The translations under genes were made by a program, and so were the position numbers. The notes under the pieces were generated by a model. That model saw nothing but the letters and a program-made list of their open reading frames with translations, had not been told where the DNA came from and did not search any database. A DNA stretch of 64,000 bases from Protoeuglena noctilucae (taxonomy: Eukaryota): the NCBI GenBank assembly GCA_958009085.1, contig OY253672.1, positions 62,001 to 126,000 of the forward strand, in the 5' to 3' direction. The first letter of the stretch is position 1; the number at the start of each line of letters is the position of its first letter. Positions 34,801 through 47,900 of this stretch are shown one piece after another.

Positions 34801-37800
34801 AAGGCACAATAAACGTGATGACAACACGCCCTCAAACGTTTTGATTGTGGGGGGCCTTGGTGGCATTGGAGGACTTTTCCGCACGTGGTTTGCAAAACAC
34901 GGCTGCAACTGTGTTCTACTAGGCCGCTCGGGGCGTGGAAAACTTGACCCTGTGCAGCATTATAGCAAGTCAATACGATGCGATATATCCAAGCTCAGTG
35001 AGTCGTACGCTCTCCGGCTTGGTTTAGAAGAAAAGCCGGATTGGATAATAAATTCTGGAGGTCTTCTTCAAGATGCAAGCATTATGCGACAAACGCCACG
35101 TCATCTGCGAAACGTCCTCGCTTCCAAAACCATAGGATCGGCAAACCTGACGTTCGCCAGTACTGCAGCTGCGGTATCATCTTTGTTACTGTTTTCATCT
35201 ATCAGTGGATATTTCGGGCTGCCTGGGCAAGCTAACTATTCCTACGCAAACGCGAACCTTGACAAAATGGCGCTCTCAAATAGGAATATGGGTTTCCAAA
35301 CAACAAGCGTTGCGTGGGGAGCATGGGCTGGAGCTGGCATGGCCGTGGCGGATGAAAAGATCGTTTCGCACCTCGCCGCCCTTGGCCTGGGAACGATAAG
35401 TCCAGAACAAGGCCTTTGTTTACTTGGATCCTCGCTGGTGATGCCGAGCAGCTATATCTTTTTCAGTCAAGTAAATTGGAGTTTGATCCTACAAAAACTT
35501 CCTTTGCTACAAAAAGCAATATCCATAGAAAGCAGTTCTAGACATGAAAATATAAGTGCATTACCTGATACTAGTTCGTCCTTAGCTGCTATCAAACCAA
35601 GAACTTTGTCTGAGAACAGTGTGACTTCGACTATTTTGCAAAGCGTCATGGATCTGTCAGGCTCGCCAGTGAACAGAGAATCATCGTTCCTGGACACAGG
35701 TTTGGATTCCCTTGCTGTCGTTGAGCTTGGTAAAATGATTTCCTCAGCTCTTGGGCTGGAAGTCTCAGTCACAGATTTATACGACTTCCCGACTCCAGAG
35801 ATGCTAGCCAAACATCTATTATCGGAAAACAATTCCTTGGATGGAAGTGTCAACGACAGCACCTTGCTAAGAAATCCATTTAACTATGTTTCAAGCAACG
35901 AACATGTCGTGAAGAGTGCTCAGCCTGCCAGCTTTATTAGCAAAGATAATGCCCAAATTGTTGAGGTGATAGGGTATGCGGGAACTATGCCCTCCCTTAG
36001 CTTGCTTGACCCTTTCGACGACGCAATTACCAAACAAAGTCGATGTGGAGCAACAGTGGAGGAAGACTTGGCCGACGTCCAAATTAACTTCATGTCTGCG
36101 ATTAACGACGTTGCTTCTTTTGACAATGCATTGTTTTCATTGTCAACAGCAGAAGCTGACATGACAGACCCTCAACAAAGAAAGCTGCTTGAGACAGCAT
36201 ATGTTCTTTTAATGGACAAGGGGAGCAGTGCTAAAGAAACATGCTCTCACTATGTCGGGGCGCAGCATATGGAGTACATCTTTATGCTCCCACAGAAATC
36301 TTTAACTGCACAATCAGCAACGAGTTTTCCTTTGAGCGTTGTTGCTGGTCGTATTGCTTTCGTATTTAACTTGCGAGGAGAAGCCGTTGCCGTTGATACA
36401 GCGTGCTCGTCTTCGCTAGTGGCTCTACAGCAAGCTTCGCAGAGCATGACTTTAATGGGCGAAGCCATTGTCTCCGGGGTTTCCATTATTAGTTCGCGAT
36501 TTACTACAAAAGTAACTCAGCTAGCTTCGATGCTGACCATGGACGGCCGGTGCAAGTCTTTGGATGCTGCCGCTGACGGCTATGTTCGGGCCGAGGCCTG
36601 CGTTGCGCTCGACCTGCGTACACGCCCCTCCTGCGAAGCGGAGTTGGAGCCAGCCAGTGGCCACGGGTTGGAGGGGCGAAGCGCGTTGGCTGTTTTGGGC
36701 ACTGCGGTCAATCAAGACGGTCGTTCGGCCTCTCTGACGGCACCAAATGGCCCCTCGCAGCAGCGTGTGATTCGGGCCGCGTTGGAGGCCGCGGCCCTTA
36801 TGCCTGGTGATGTTTCGCTGCTCGAGATGCATGGTACGGGGACGGCACTGGGAGATCCCATCGAAGTCGGAGCAGCCATGCAAGCGCTCTGTGGGGGGAC
36901 AGGAGCACGTGTACCTTCGGGGCGCATGCAGTTGACGGCCGCCAAGTCGCGCTTCGGCCACGCTGAGCCCGCAGCAGGAATGATTGGGCTTGTCAGCGGA
37001 GCATCCGTGTTGACAGGACTTTCGTTCAACGCCGTGACGCACTTGCGCCACGTGAACCCGTATGTGGCGGGGGCGTTGGGTGGCTCGGGCCGTCAGCCCG
37101 ACCGTGTCGTGGGAGTGGCGCGACAACCTGCCCCAGCAAGCGCTGGAAGCTCCCGCGGCCTCACCATGGGCGTCAGCGCATTCGCTTTCATGGGCACAAA
37201 CGCCCATGCTCTTGTGTCCAACTTAAAATCCGACGCCACGGCGCCGGCGGCACTTGTCTGTGGAAATGACATTCCTTGGAAAAAGCACGTGTCTTGGTAC
37301 GTGCCCCACGCGGGAACTTACGATGTTCTTCGTTACCCAGCAATATTGGCTGCCTCAAGCCAGAGCTTTGCTGCATCATTCCTCTGCTCTTTGAATGGAA
37401 TGTTAGCAAACCTGCTTAGTGAACACGTTGTGCAAGATAAGAAAGTTGTTCCAGGTTCTTTCACGTTGTCACTTCTGCAGGATGCTTGCAGGCTGCTTCA
37501 ACCTGTGCCAGGTCGAAATAATCACATGATACAAAATGTTGCCTTTTTTAAACCTGTCATTTTGTCCGACACAATAAATATGCAAATAAATGAAAACCGA
37601 CTTCAGCTATTAAACAAAACAAACTCTGTATACGCAGAAGGATTGGCAAATGTGCAACTAACCCAAAGAAAATATAAATCACCACCTTGTAACAAAACAC
37701 ATCTAGTTACAAAAGTAGCACTCTTTGCAACGAATGCAGTAGCCTCGTTAGCAAAGAAAGATGTAAGAAGTTTATGGAACAATGACATGAATCCAGCGTT

Positions 37801-40800
37801 GCTGGACTCTCTCTTCCAGTCCTCTTGGTCAGTGCAGCGTGCTGGTGAGAAAACTCTGGTGCCATCTTACGCGCTGTGCTTTTGGACTTCAAAAGAGCAC
37901 ATAACGGAGTTTATGCTTTCGGCCAAAGTCGTTTGTGAAAAGAATGCTCTTATTAGCTCCTTTTGCGTAGAATGTATGGAAAATGTTGTAGGCATTACCA
38001 GCGGACTAGTAGGAAAGGAAATCAAACTCAACAATGGAAAGATGTTACATGATTCCAACGCCTCAGCGTTACTGATGGCAGAGACAAGCTTTTGGGCGAC
38101 TCACGTCGCAGACAGTCCAAAAAGTTCTTCAGTGTTGTCTAAAAGTAAACACTTAACCGTGCAAGCTGGTGCTTGTATGATTACTTTACAGCACAATGTT
38201 TACTTCCAAAACAACACACCGTTTCATAATAACTTTACAGTTAACACTAGAAATGCATTTGATAGCGCTGCAAGATCTGCGCAGCGTGAACGGACGTCAA
38301 CAAAAACAGTCCCTGCCAACAATTGCGTCTCCTTACTCGTGCGCTTGAAAAGAAACTCTTTGGCTCTCTCCAATCCATCCGCACCGTTTACTGCAATTTC
38401 AGGAGGAACAAGCGGACTTGGGTCTTTAGTTTCCACGTTGGCTCTGAGGTGCGGCTCAGTACCCCTGTTGCTGTCCAGGACTGGGCAACTTCCTGAAATC
38501 AGCTTGCCGTCTTGCAGGGATATGTGCATGGTCGTGAAAAACGACGTGTCGATGAAAGAAAGTGCTCCTTTGCTTCGTGATCTTCATGCACGCTTTGCAT
38601 CTACGTTATCTTTTGTTCATGCTGGAGGCGTTTTAGCTGACGCGCTGCTTTCCAATCAAAATATATCCAAATATCGGTTAACCTCAGCACCAAAGTTGCA
38701 TGGACTTCAAAACGTCATAAATGTAGAATGCATTTGTTCGTTTGGATATGTCGTTGCGTTTTCGTCAATATCAGCATGGCTAGGGGGCATCGCTCAGGCC
38801 AACTACTCCATGGTCAATGCGATGATGGATAATATGTGCATCGACCTTCAAAACAATGGATTGGCAGCAACCAGCATTCAGTGGGGAGCGTGGGGCAGTG
38901 TAGGTGTTGCTGTTCAGGCATCTGGCACATTAATGAGGGCGGAAAAGGCGGGCTTGGGAATCATCAAGCCACAGGACGGGTTGCGAGCATTTTCAGAGGT
39001 AATAGCTCGTATAACCTATCCTGTTGTACTTTGCTCCCCTTTCAATCTACAGCGATTATCTCAAGAACTCCCTGATGACGCCGCAAGATTCGAAGCTAGT
39101 CAAGACAAGAAGCAACATAAAGTCGCTCAACAGGTACTCAAAAGAACGAAAGACTTCACTGAGGAGGTCAGGGCGCTGGCGGCCGGTCTGACCGGCGGCG
39201 AAGTGGCCGCGGACGAGCCCTTCATGGGGGCTGGAATGGACAGCCTCGGCGCCGTCGAGCTCCGAAATGTGCTCAGCCAGCGCTACAATGTGAGCCTCCC
39301 CGCAACGGTCATGTTCGACTACCCGACGGCGTCCGCCCTGGGGCTGTACCTGTCTGGCCTGCAGGAGGACGCGCCGGAGGGCCGGCACGATGAGCCGCGT
39401 GACGCGGTGGCCACGGCAGCGGCCCATGGCGGCCGCGCGGGCTTGCCGAGCCGCGAGGAGGTGTGCAAGCAGATCGTGGGCATCGTGGAGGGCATGCTGG
39501 GGCGCGAGGTAGACCCGTCGATGCCCTTCATGGAGGCGGGTCTTGACTCACTGGCGTCTGTGGAGCTGACGAACGCCGTGGCGGGCCGATTCCAGGTGTC
39601 CCTGGGGGCGACCGCCATGTTCGACCACCCAACCCCTTTGCAGCTTGCTCGTGGCATTGCAAGTCTTGCGCTACCAGCATCGGTTATGGACTTAGAACTT
39701 TCGCATGACTGTTGGAAACCCTCTTCTGTTTTTATCGTATCGGCTGTCTCAAATCTGCCAGCAGCTTCAGCGTGTTCATCTGATTCTGTTCAGGTAATTC
39801 CTTACTCACGCTGGGACTCAGAGGAGACAACGCTTCCTTTTAAAGGAATTTTACCGAAATTTGCAAGTCTCCTGAGCTGTCCTGGAGAATTTGATGTAGC
39901 GCTTTTTGGTTTGTCGTGGGCAGAGGCATCGATGATTGATCCTCAACATCGAGCAGTACTTGAGACTCTTCTATCCGTATCTGCGTCCTCTGGGACTACA
40001 AAAAAGGACTACGGCATTTACGTTGCTGTGCAGCAAATGGAGTATGGAAAGACTTTCCCTGCAATCCTCAGCAGCCCATACATAACGACAGGATCAAATT
40101 TGAGCGTTGCTGCAGGAAGAGCAGCCTATTTTTATGGCATGGAATCCGAGGCGGTTGCCATTGACACTGCTTGCTCATCGTCGCTTTCTGCAATACACCT
40201 TGCACGTCAAGCTGTAATGTCACAAAACAGTCCACGGTTTGTTGTTGGTGTCAACTATACTCTTTTACGGGAAACAAATGAAGGTGCTGCTTGGTCCTCA
40301 ATGCTGACCATGGACGGCCGGTGCAAGTCTTTGGATGCTGCCGCTGACGGCTATGTTCGGGCCGAGGCCTGCGTTGCGCTCGACCTGCGTACACGCCCCT
40401 CCTGCGAAGCGGAGTTGGAGCCAGCCAGTGGCCACGGGTTGGAGGGGCGAAGCGCGTTGGCTGTTTTGGGCACTGCGGTCAATCAAGACGGTCGTTCGGC
40501 CTCTCTGACGGCACCAAATGGCCCCTCGCAGCAGCGTGTGATTCGGGCCGCGTTGGAGGCCGCGGCCCTTATGCCTGGTGATGTTTCGCTGCTCGAGATG
40601 CATGGTACGGGGACGGCACTGGGAGATCCCATCGAAGTCGGAGCAGCCATGCAAGCGCTCTGTGGGGGGACAGGAGCACGTGTACCTTCGGGGCGCATGC
40701 AGTTGACGGCCGCCAAGTCGCGCTTCGGCCACGCTGAGCCCGCAGCAGGAATGATTGGGCTTGTCAGCGGAGCATCCGTGTTGACAGGACTTTCGTTCAA

Positions 40801-43800
40801 CGCCGTGACGCACTTGCGCCACGTGAACCCGTATGTGGCGGGGGCGTTGGGTGGCTCGGGCCGTCAGCCCGACCGTGTCGTGGGAGTGGCGCGACAACCT
40901 GCCCCAGCAAGCGCTGGAAGCTCCCGCGGCCTCACCATGGGCGTCAGCGCATTCGCTTTCATGGGCACAAATGCTCACATCTTGCTTTCGTGTGAAATTC
41001 CAAGCTCAGCAGCATGTCACGCAGACAGACTGTTACTCTTCCAACGCCAAAAATGCATGCCTGACCATGAGAAAAACTCGTTTATAGTCAAATGTATGTT
41101 TGAAAACATACCCTCAAAAGCCGTGAAGCTGTTTATTTCACTTTCACATCCAGCAAACGTGGACCTTAGAGAGCACGTCGTTGCTGGAAATGCAATTATG
41201 CCGGGTGTGGGAATGATGGAAGTGATGATGCTGGCCCAAACTCAGTGTCTAGAAATTGATAATACCAGCAAGTCGTTCTTGGCCCGTGTCATTGTCCCTG
41301 CCCCTCTTTTACTTGCACAAACTACTTCGTGCATTGTTAGGGCAAATTTGGACGACGGAAGCCTGTCTCTCGAATCCAAGAATTCTGTTGTGTTCTGTAG
41401 AGGCCAAATGTCGTGCCAAACGAACAAGAAGTCAAATGATAATAACAAGAATATAGAAGACATTGATGTGTTACATAGACGACGTTTATCAAAAACCACA
41501 GCTGGAGTGAGATTCCCAGGGACTGTAGGCAATGTCTACCCCTTGGTAACCAACGCTGGCAAATCTTCGCTTCATCCAGGAGTAATGGACAGTTGCATTC
41601 AGATCTTAACGGCGATCTCCCGTAATGACGACAAAAGTAATAAAGTTCCACTCGTTCCAATCGGCGCTTCCGCATTAATGCGATCCAATTTTAACCACGG
41701 TCAAATGGTTGCATCCGCGCAACCAGTTGATGCTGGCAACGTCCAGACGTCTAACCATGACATAATCGAAAATAACAGCAGACACGTCAGCTTCATTTTT
41801 GGCATGCAATTTAAACGGTTTGTGCAAAAGCTGTCAGCAAACAAACCAAAAGCGATCCACGACCTCGTTGCGAAACCCATGCATGGCCCCCGTGCGGTGG
41901 GGTTAGGGACGGAAAACCGTCTGACAGATGCTTTGCTCCACCCCGTCTCGCGTGTGTACGAGCCAGCCGCATGCCCTAATGACCGTCTCTCGGCCAGGCT
42001 GGCGCGAGCCGACGTAGTGGCGTGGAGCGTCAGCCAAGCAAGGAGCGCGGTCCGCTTAGACCTCTCGTCGTGGCCGGCAGCCACGTCGGGCAGCCTGGAC
42101 GCCCTGCACCGCATCGTCTCGCAGGGCTCCCATGTCGAGAGCCGGGACGGTGCCGTCGCCCACGTCACGGCAGGCCCATCGCCTCTTAATGGCATGACAG
42201 GGAACCTCGCTCGCCGTGCCGCTCTCTCAGGCATGCAGCGGGCTGCGGCGGCCGAAGCCGTTGCGTCCACTTGGCACCAGCGACCAGTGGCGGGGGCCGT
42301 GGTGGGTCGGGTGTCACTGTCATCAATGCAGACTGCTGGGCGGCTCCAGGCGTACGCGGAAGCGCGCAGCCGCGCGCCTGCGGCAGCGATCTCGGGCGGG
42401 ATGAGTGGGATCGGCCTGCTGACGGCGCAATGGCTGACGGGCTCGCTGACGAGGGGTCTCTTGCTCCTGGGCCGTTCGGTCCGACTGCCTGCCGGGTCGG
42501 CGGGACAGCTGCTGACTGGCCCCCACGTCATGGCCGTGGTCCGCTGCGATGTGGCGTCCATGGAGGAGACACGCGGGTGCTTGGTACAAGTCACAGCTGC
42601 GCATGGGCTGGGGAGCGCTGTGGAGGCGATGTTGCACTCGAGCGGAGTGCTGCGAGATGCGGTGCTGGTCAACCAGACGGTGGCGCAGATGCGGGAGGTC
42701 ATGGCGCCCAAGGTGGCGGGGGCCGTGCACATGCTCGAACAGGCCTCTGCGCTGGCTTTGGCCGGCTCCGCGCTCTTCTCTTCCATCGCGGCACTGCTGG
42801 GGAGCCCAGGCCAGGCAAACTACACCGGGGCGAACAGCGCGGTGGACGCTATGGCCTCCGAAGCCAAACAGCAAGGGCTGCCGATCTGCAGCGTGCAGTG
42901 GGGCGCATGGGCGGCAGTGGGCATGGCCGTCAACGAGGCGGGGACGCTGGCGCGGACGGAGGCGGCGGGTCTGGGTGTCGTGCGCCCGGCTCAGGGTCTG
43001 GCCATGCTCAGCGCGGTGCTGGATGCCAGCATGTCCGCCGACGCCACGGTGACGGCGACGCCATTCGACCGGGTCAAGCTGTCGCAGCGGTTCCCGGCGG
43101 TGTTGGAGCTGCTGGAGGGGTCCGAAGTTGTGAGAGGCGAACGCATGCAGGACAGCCGCACTGCCGTTGTTGCCCAGGGAAGCCGCACCGGGCATGCGCA
43201 CCGCTCGCGCAAATCGGTGGCGGTGCTGACTGAGGAGGTCAGGGCGCTGGCGGCCGGTCTGACCGGCGGCGAAGTGGCCGCGGACGAGCCCTTCATGGGG
43301 GCTGGAATGGACAGCCTCGGCGCCGTCGAGCTCCGAAATGTGCTCAGCCAGCGCTACAATGTGAGCCTCCCCGCAACGGTCATGTTCGACTACCCGACGG
43401 CGTCCGCCCTGGGGCTGTACCTGTCTGGCCTGCAGGAGGACGCGCCGGAGGGCCGGCACGATGAGCCGCGTGACGCGGTGGCCACGGCAGCGGCCCATGG
43501 CGGCCGCGCGGGCTTGCCGAGCCGCGAGGAGGTGTGCAAGCAGATCGTGGGCATCGTGGAGGGCATGCTGGGGCGCGAGGTAGACCCGTCGATGCCCTTC
43601 ATGGAGGCGGGTCTTGACTCACTGGCGTCTGTGGAGCTGATGAACGCCGTGGCGGGCCGATTCCAGGTGTCCCTGGGGGCGACCGCCATGTTCGACTACC
43701 CGACGGCGCTGGCGCTTGCTGACGTCGTGAGCAGGGAGCTTGGGGACGTGTCCAGGGTCGAGGACGTAATGCTGGCCCCCGTGGGATCACGGCCAGCTGA

Positions 43801-44634
43801 GGTGAGCAAAGATGTTTGGGTGGCGGCCATAAAATCCTTTTTTTGTCCTGCTGTATGTCCAGGGGGTTAAGCAGTGATTAGTACTATAAACTTGCTTGCA
43901 GGGACTAGATCCGAATGGTTCAAAGCATCGGCAACATGTTATCTTCACGTTTGTGAGCGACGAGGGTGGAGTACAGCTTGCCACAACCACTGTGCGGCGG
44001 TTCACAAGGGGTGAACTTGTAATTTTGCAACACAATAACGATATTACGAGTCCTGAGAGCGTCGCAAGCTGCGCTGACTTTGTTCAGCATGTGTGTGCGT
44101 CATCTCTTACGTATAGTATTGCTGCACATGGAGTCAAAGCCATCTTTGCCCGCGAAGTTGCCGAGGAAATTGTAAGACGCACGCGGAGGCAACCTGAATT
44201 CGTCGCTCTTGTCAACCCAAGGTGTGTAAAAGAGCATCGTTTAGTTGATGCACTTGTAAGCAATATCTTGCACCCAAACAGTTGCGACAATTTTTGGTGC
44301 GCAGGTTGGATTCCACCATCGGCTCGTTCTACGTACATAACGAGACAAGTTTAAATATCATTACCGCAAGATGTCAAGAAGCAGATGATAATTTCCAGGT
44401 GGGCAGAAAGTTAATGCTTGTTACAGTGTTTATATTATTTGTTTCTGCTTTTTGCCTTTTGCTTCTCTATTTCTTTAAAATAATCTTGAGTTTTTTTCTA
44501 AGCAGATGGGTACTTTTCGGACGTTGGACTTGGATAGTGAAACTGCATGCACACGTACTTCTAATTTGTGGCTTTTGGTTGCAGCAGCTTTTGCCATGTT
44601 TGCTGCAATTCTTATTGTGTCAATATGGCTGTAA
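31698..44634 (+). CDS. Multimodular type I polyketide synthase, AT-less: KS-(DH)-KR-ACP / KS-DH-KR-ACP-ACP / KS-DH-KR-ACP-ACP / TE-like / TM
   Basis: Three KS domains with DTACSS, HGTGT and GH(S/A)E(T/P)AAG; KR motifs GGLGGIG, GGTSGLG, GGMSGIG with catalytic Tyr; DH LREHVVAGNAIMPG; five ACP G(L/M)DSL motifs. Introns at 33241-33318 and near both ends; frame break at the (TA)n tract near 33810. Core 32307-43870 is firm; the terminal exons are inferred. Confidence 0.93.
36530..37200 (+). repeat. PKS internal repeat A, copy 1 (KS C-terminal half, 671 nt)
   Basis: Apparently identical to 40301-40971. Confidence 0.95.
39158..39625 (+). repeat. PKS internal repeat B, copy 1 (ACP-ACP, 468 nt)
   Basis: Near-identical to 43229-43696; one difference seen (ACG vs ATG). 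Confidence 0.95.
40301..40971 (+). repeat. PKS internal repeat A, copy 2
   Basis: Apparently identical to 36530-37200. Confidence 0.95.
43229..43696 (+). repeat. PKS internal repeat B, copy 2
   Basis: Near-identical to 39158-39625. Confidence 0.95.
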
Positions 44635-44931
44635 TTTTTGTGTTACATACCTGATAAGCAGGGAAATCCAACGGTGGTTGTTCACGCATATAATGTAATG
44701 CATTTCTTGGTTGAATCCGAACTTAAATAATGACACCATTCAGCCTGTATGTCCAGTCTCAGCCACGATAGCAATACTACTTTCAATCACAATTACGAAA
44801 CTGCATGACGCCCAGAAACCTGCCTTCAGCAGCTGGTGGCCATTGCGGCCCACGTTTGCATCGCAAGAAAAAAGAGACATGCAAGGGCGCTCAGGGCGCC
44901 GCTAGTCCACGACTGGGAGCTGTGCTTCCCC

Positions 44932-47900
44932 TCAGACTCTGGACCATGACCGGACCCTGCGTGCCTGCGAAGATGGCAGTCCTGCATAGGCAACAAGAGG
45001 AATATGCATCGTAAGTCTCTGCCATCGCACACCCTCCCCTAGTCCCGTCCTCCGCTGCATCTCACCCGCCGACCGCCCACCATCCTCCCCCTCTCCACCC
45101 CCTGACAGCGGCAGGTCCCGACCGCTGGAGCTGGCCTTGGGGCCAGGGCGCCCGCCGGGGGCTGCGCCAGTCCGCTGGCCGCCCTGCTGAGCGGCCGATG
45201 TGACAGACGACGAGTCAGGGAGCGACGCTCCATCCTGGGACGTGACGCGTGACGCCCGGGCGTTGCGTGCGGACCGTAGGTAGCTCGAGACGGATGGCAG
45301 ACGTATGCGCTCCCCCGCAGCCGTCTGAATCTCGCTCGTTCCATCGGGCAGAATGGTGGACGAGCCTCCCACAAGCATGGCAGGCAGTGCCAGGGAGCCG
45401 TCCTCTCCTGTGATCCACGACCCCATCGTGGCCAGCACCTGGTGATCCCCATTGTCGAGCGTTGCGCCCCGGCTCGTTTGCCGGGACAGAGGTGGGCGGG
45501 CGTGCGCCAGCGCCAACCCCGGCCCCACAGCAGGCGCGTCGCGGTCCTTGACCGGCACCGTCGACCCCACCCGCCCCAGCGCCGGCGGCAACTCCAGCGC
45601 TGGGGCTCGGCTGCCCGCCGCCTGAGAGGCAGAAACCCCAGCGCCACTTGGTTGCCGCTGCAGGGGCGGCTTGAGTGGGGTCAGCCGGCCCGGCTTGGAC
45701 GGCTGCAACTCGGTCACTGCCGTCGGTCCTGCGTGGGGACGACCGCAGCGGGGGAGTCGCGCCTGCTGTTGCTCCCTGGCGACAAACAAACGTCAGAAGG
45801 ACGAGCATGACAGCTGTTGAGCGGCAGGAATCACCGAGCACGCGGACTCCGGCATTCCTGCGCTCCATGTCGATCGCCCTGTCTTGGCCCATGGTGCTGC
45901 TGGGTGGCTGGCGCATGGGGTCGTGTGGAGATAGGGACGGGCTGCTGTGCGTCGCCCCCGCCGTCCTGCGGACGAGGATCTGAAGACCGCATCACTCTGG
46001 CCTTGCCCCTTGGGATGCGCGCCCCAGACATGGCTGGTGACAAGCCCGCGCGGCGGTAGGCACGGCCACCTGGCGGGCTCGTCTGCGCTCGCGTCCGTCC
46101 TGCGCGTTCGGCTGCTGGACGCTTGCTCCTGGAAGAGCCGCCTCCGCGGCAGCGTCGGGGAGTCCACCGGCACACCCCCCGCGTGCTCCCCCGTCGTGTC
46201 CCCGTACACAACGCCCACGTAGAACTGCGAGGGTAGGTTGCAATCGCGGTCGCTGGAGGTCCTGCTTGCTAGGGTAGGAGCTTGCGCGCGACACGTGTGT
46301 GCAGGCGACATCCCTCGCCTGGGGTCCCAAGGAGGAAGCCTTGGTGAGGTCGCTGCAAAGCACGTCCTGGGGCAAGGACGCCTGGTGGAGCGGTCCCGGG
46401 CGAGTCACCGGGGCCGTGACCTGTCGACGGATACCCTGGGCAGACTGTCCCGGCAGCAGCTTCTGCATGGCCGGCACAAAGACGGCATCGCGGCTGGCCA
46501 TGACCGTCGATACCTTCTTGGCCGCCGCCGACTGGTAGTAGCTCTGGACCATCTCGCGGCCCGCCGTGACGCGCCGCTGCAGCTTCTCCTCCTCGATGTC
46601 CTGGTGGATCTGGCCCAGCGCCTGGTACGCCGCCACCAACTCGCGCGTTGCCCGCCGGGCGGCAATCGTCTCCTTCAGCTGCCCCTGCAGGTCCGGCCGC
46701 AGCTCGAACAGCCGCTGCATCTCCTCCCGACGGATGCACACGGCCCGGACGCACGTGCGGGCGCGGCCGCTGGCCGTCCGGACCATGCCCGGGGACATCA
46801 CCGCCATCTCTCCCACAAACTCCCCGGGCCCGTGCCGCGCCACAAGCGCGTCTTGAGGGTTCATGCTGCTCAGCACCACCGTGCCGATGGACGCCGCCAT
46901 GGAGGCCGTGGCCTCAAGCATACGGTCAAGCTCCCGGTCCCCCTTGTAGACGATGCCCGCCCCCGTGGGCTCCTCCAGCTCCCGGGCCGCCTCCGCCGCA
47001 TGGACGACGTCCTCCTCCGTGTACACCTGCAGGGCCACGCACGACGTGACGCATCATGTCGCTCCTCCCCTGGCACGGGGTGGACCCCAACGCTCCCGCG
47101 GCGGTGACGCCAAGGCAGGCTCCTGCCCCTCGCCTGTCCACTCTCCACGTTGAGCTCGCTTCGCAGGGACTTCTTCCGCGCGGGCGCCGGTGCTCTGCCC
47201 CCGTTCGCGCTGGTCTCCGCGGCCTGGGCGACAAGAGGCACCCCGCCTGCCGGGGGCGACACGGGCACGTCATGGGCAGTGGCGGAGGACCGCAGGCTGC
47301 TGTGCGGGAGGGCGCCACTGGCAGTCCCGCCAGGCACTGCGAGGCCCGTCCCGCCGCGCACCCACGGCACCTGGCCGGGGCTCTGCCGCGTGGACTCGGC
47401 GCCGAGCGACAGGCGAGACGGGCGACGGAGGAGCCCGGGTGACGAGGTCCCAGGGAGCCCAGCCGTGGCAGTGGCAGCCGCAACGCCGGCGTGGCGGGAG
47501 GCCGCGCGGCGCAGCTGTGGCGGAGTGGAGGGTCCCCAGCGGCCGGCTCCCCGTCTGGGCTCGCCCTCGGCCTCCTCCTCCTCGGCGATGTTGGCGAGGG
47601 AGAGCTTGCGGGCCGTGGACGCCCGCGCGGGGACTGCGTCCTCCGCCCCCAAAGGGTCAGGCCCCGCGGGGTCCTCTGCGTCTGCCGCCAGGGACCGCTT
47701 GGAGGCCGACTGGCGGAGCGTGGCTGCGTCCTCGGTCCCCCGGAGGGAGCTAGGAGGCGCCATGTCCGGGTCGATCGATGCCTGGTGCCGACGGGCCACT
47801 GCACAAAGGGCAGGCCGGGAAGCTGGCGGGCCCCTGCCCTGGGGCGGTCAGCTGCGCCGGGTGCACGCACGCAGGCCTCACCGACGCGCATGAAGTCCGT

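Noticed and set aside
32307..43870. Recent bacterial HGT or bacterial contamination of the PKS
   Set aside because: It has spliceosomal introns and chlorophyte-type KS motifs (DGRCKSLDAAADGYVRAEAC, VSAFAFMGTNAH). Low GC alone is not sufficient evidence.
44282..44698. Hydrophobic ORF as a stand-alone membrane protein
   Set aside because: Its hydrophobic middle corresponds to a T-rich predicted intron (44399-44505); it is better explained as PKS terminal exons.
28080..44900. Whole island as a giant TIR transposon or endogenous virus
   Set aside because: No terminal repeats, TSD, transposase, integrase or viral hallmark genes seen at the island edges.
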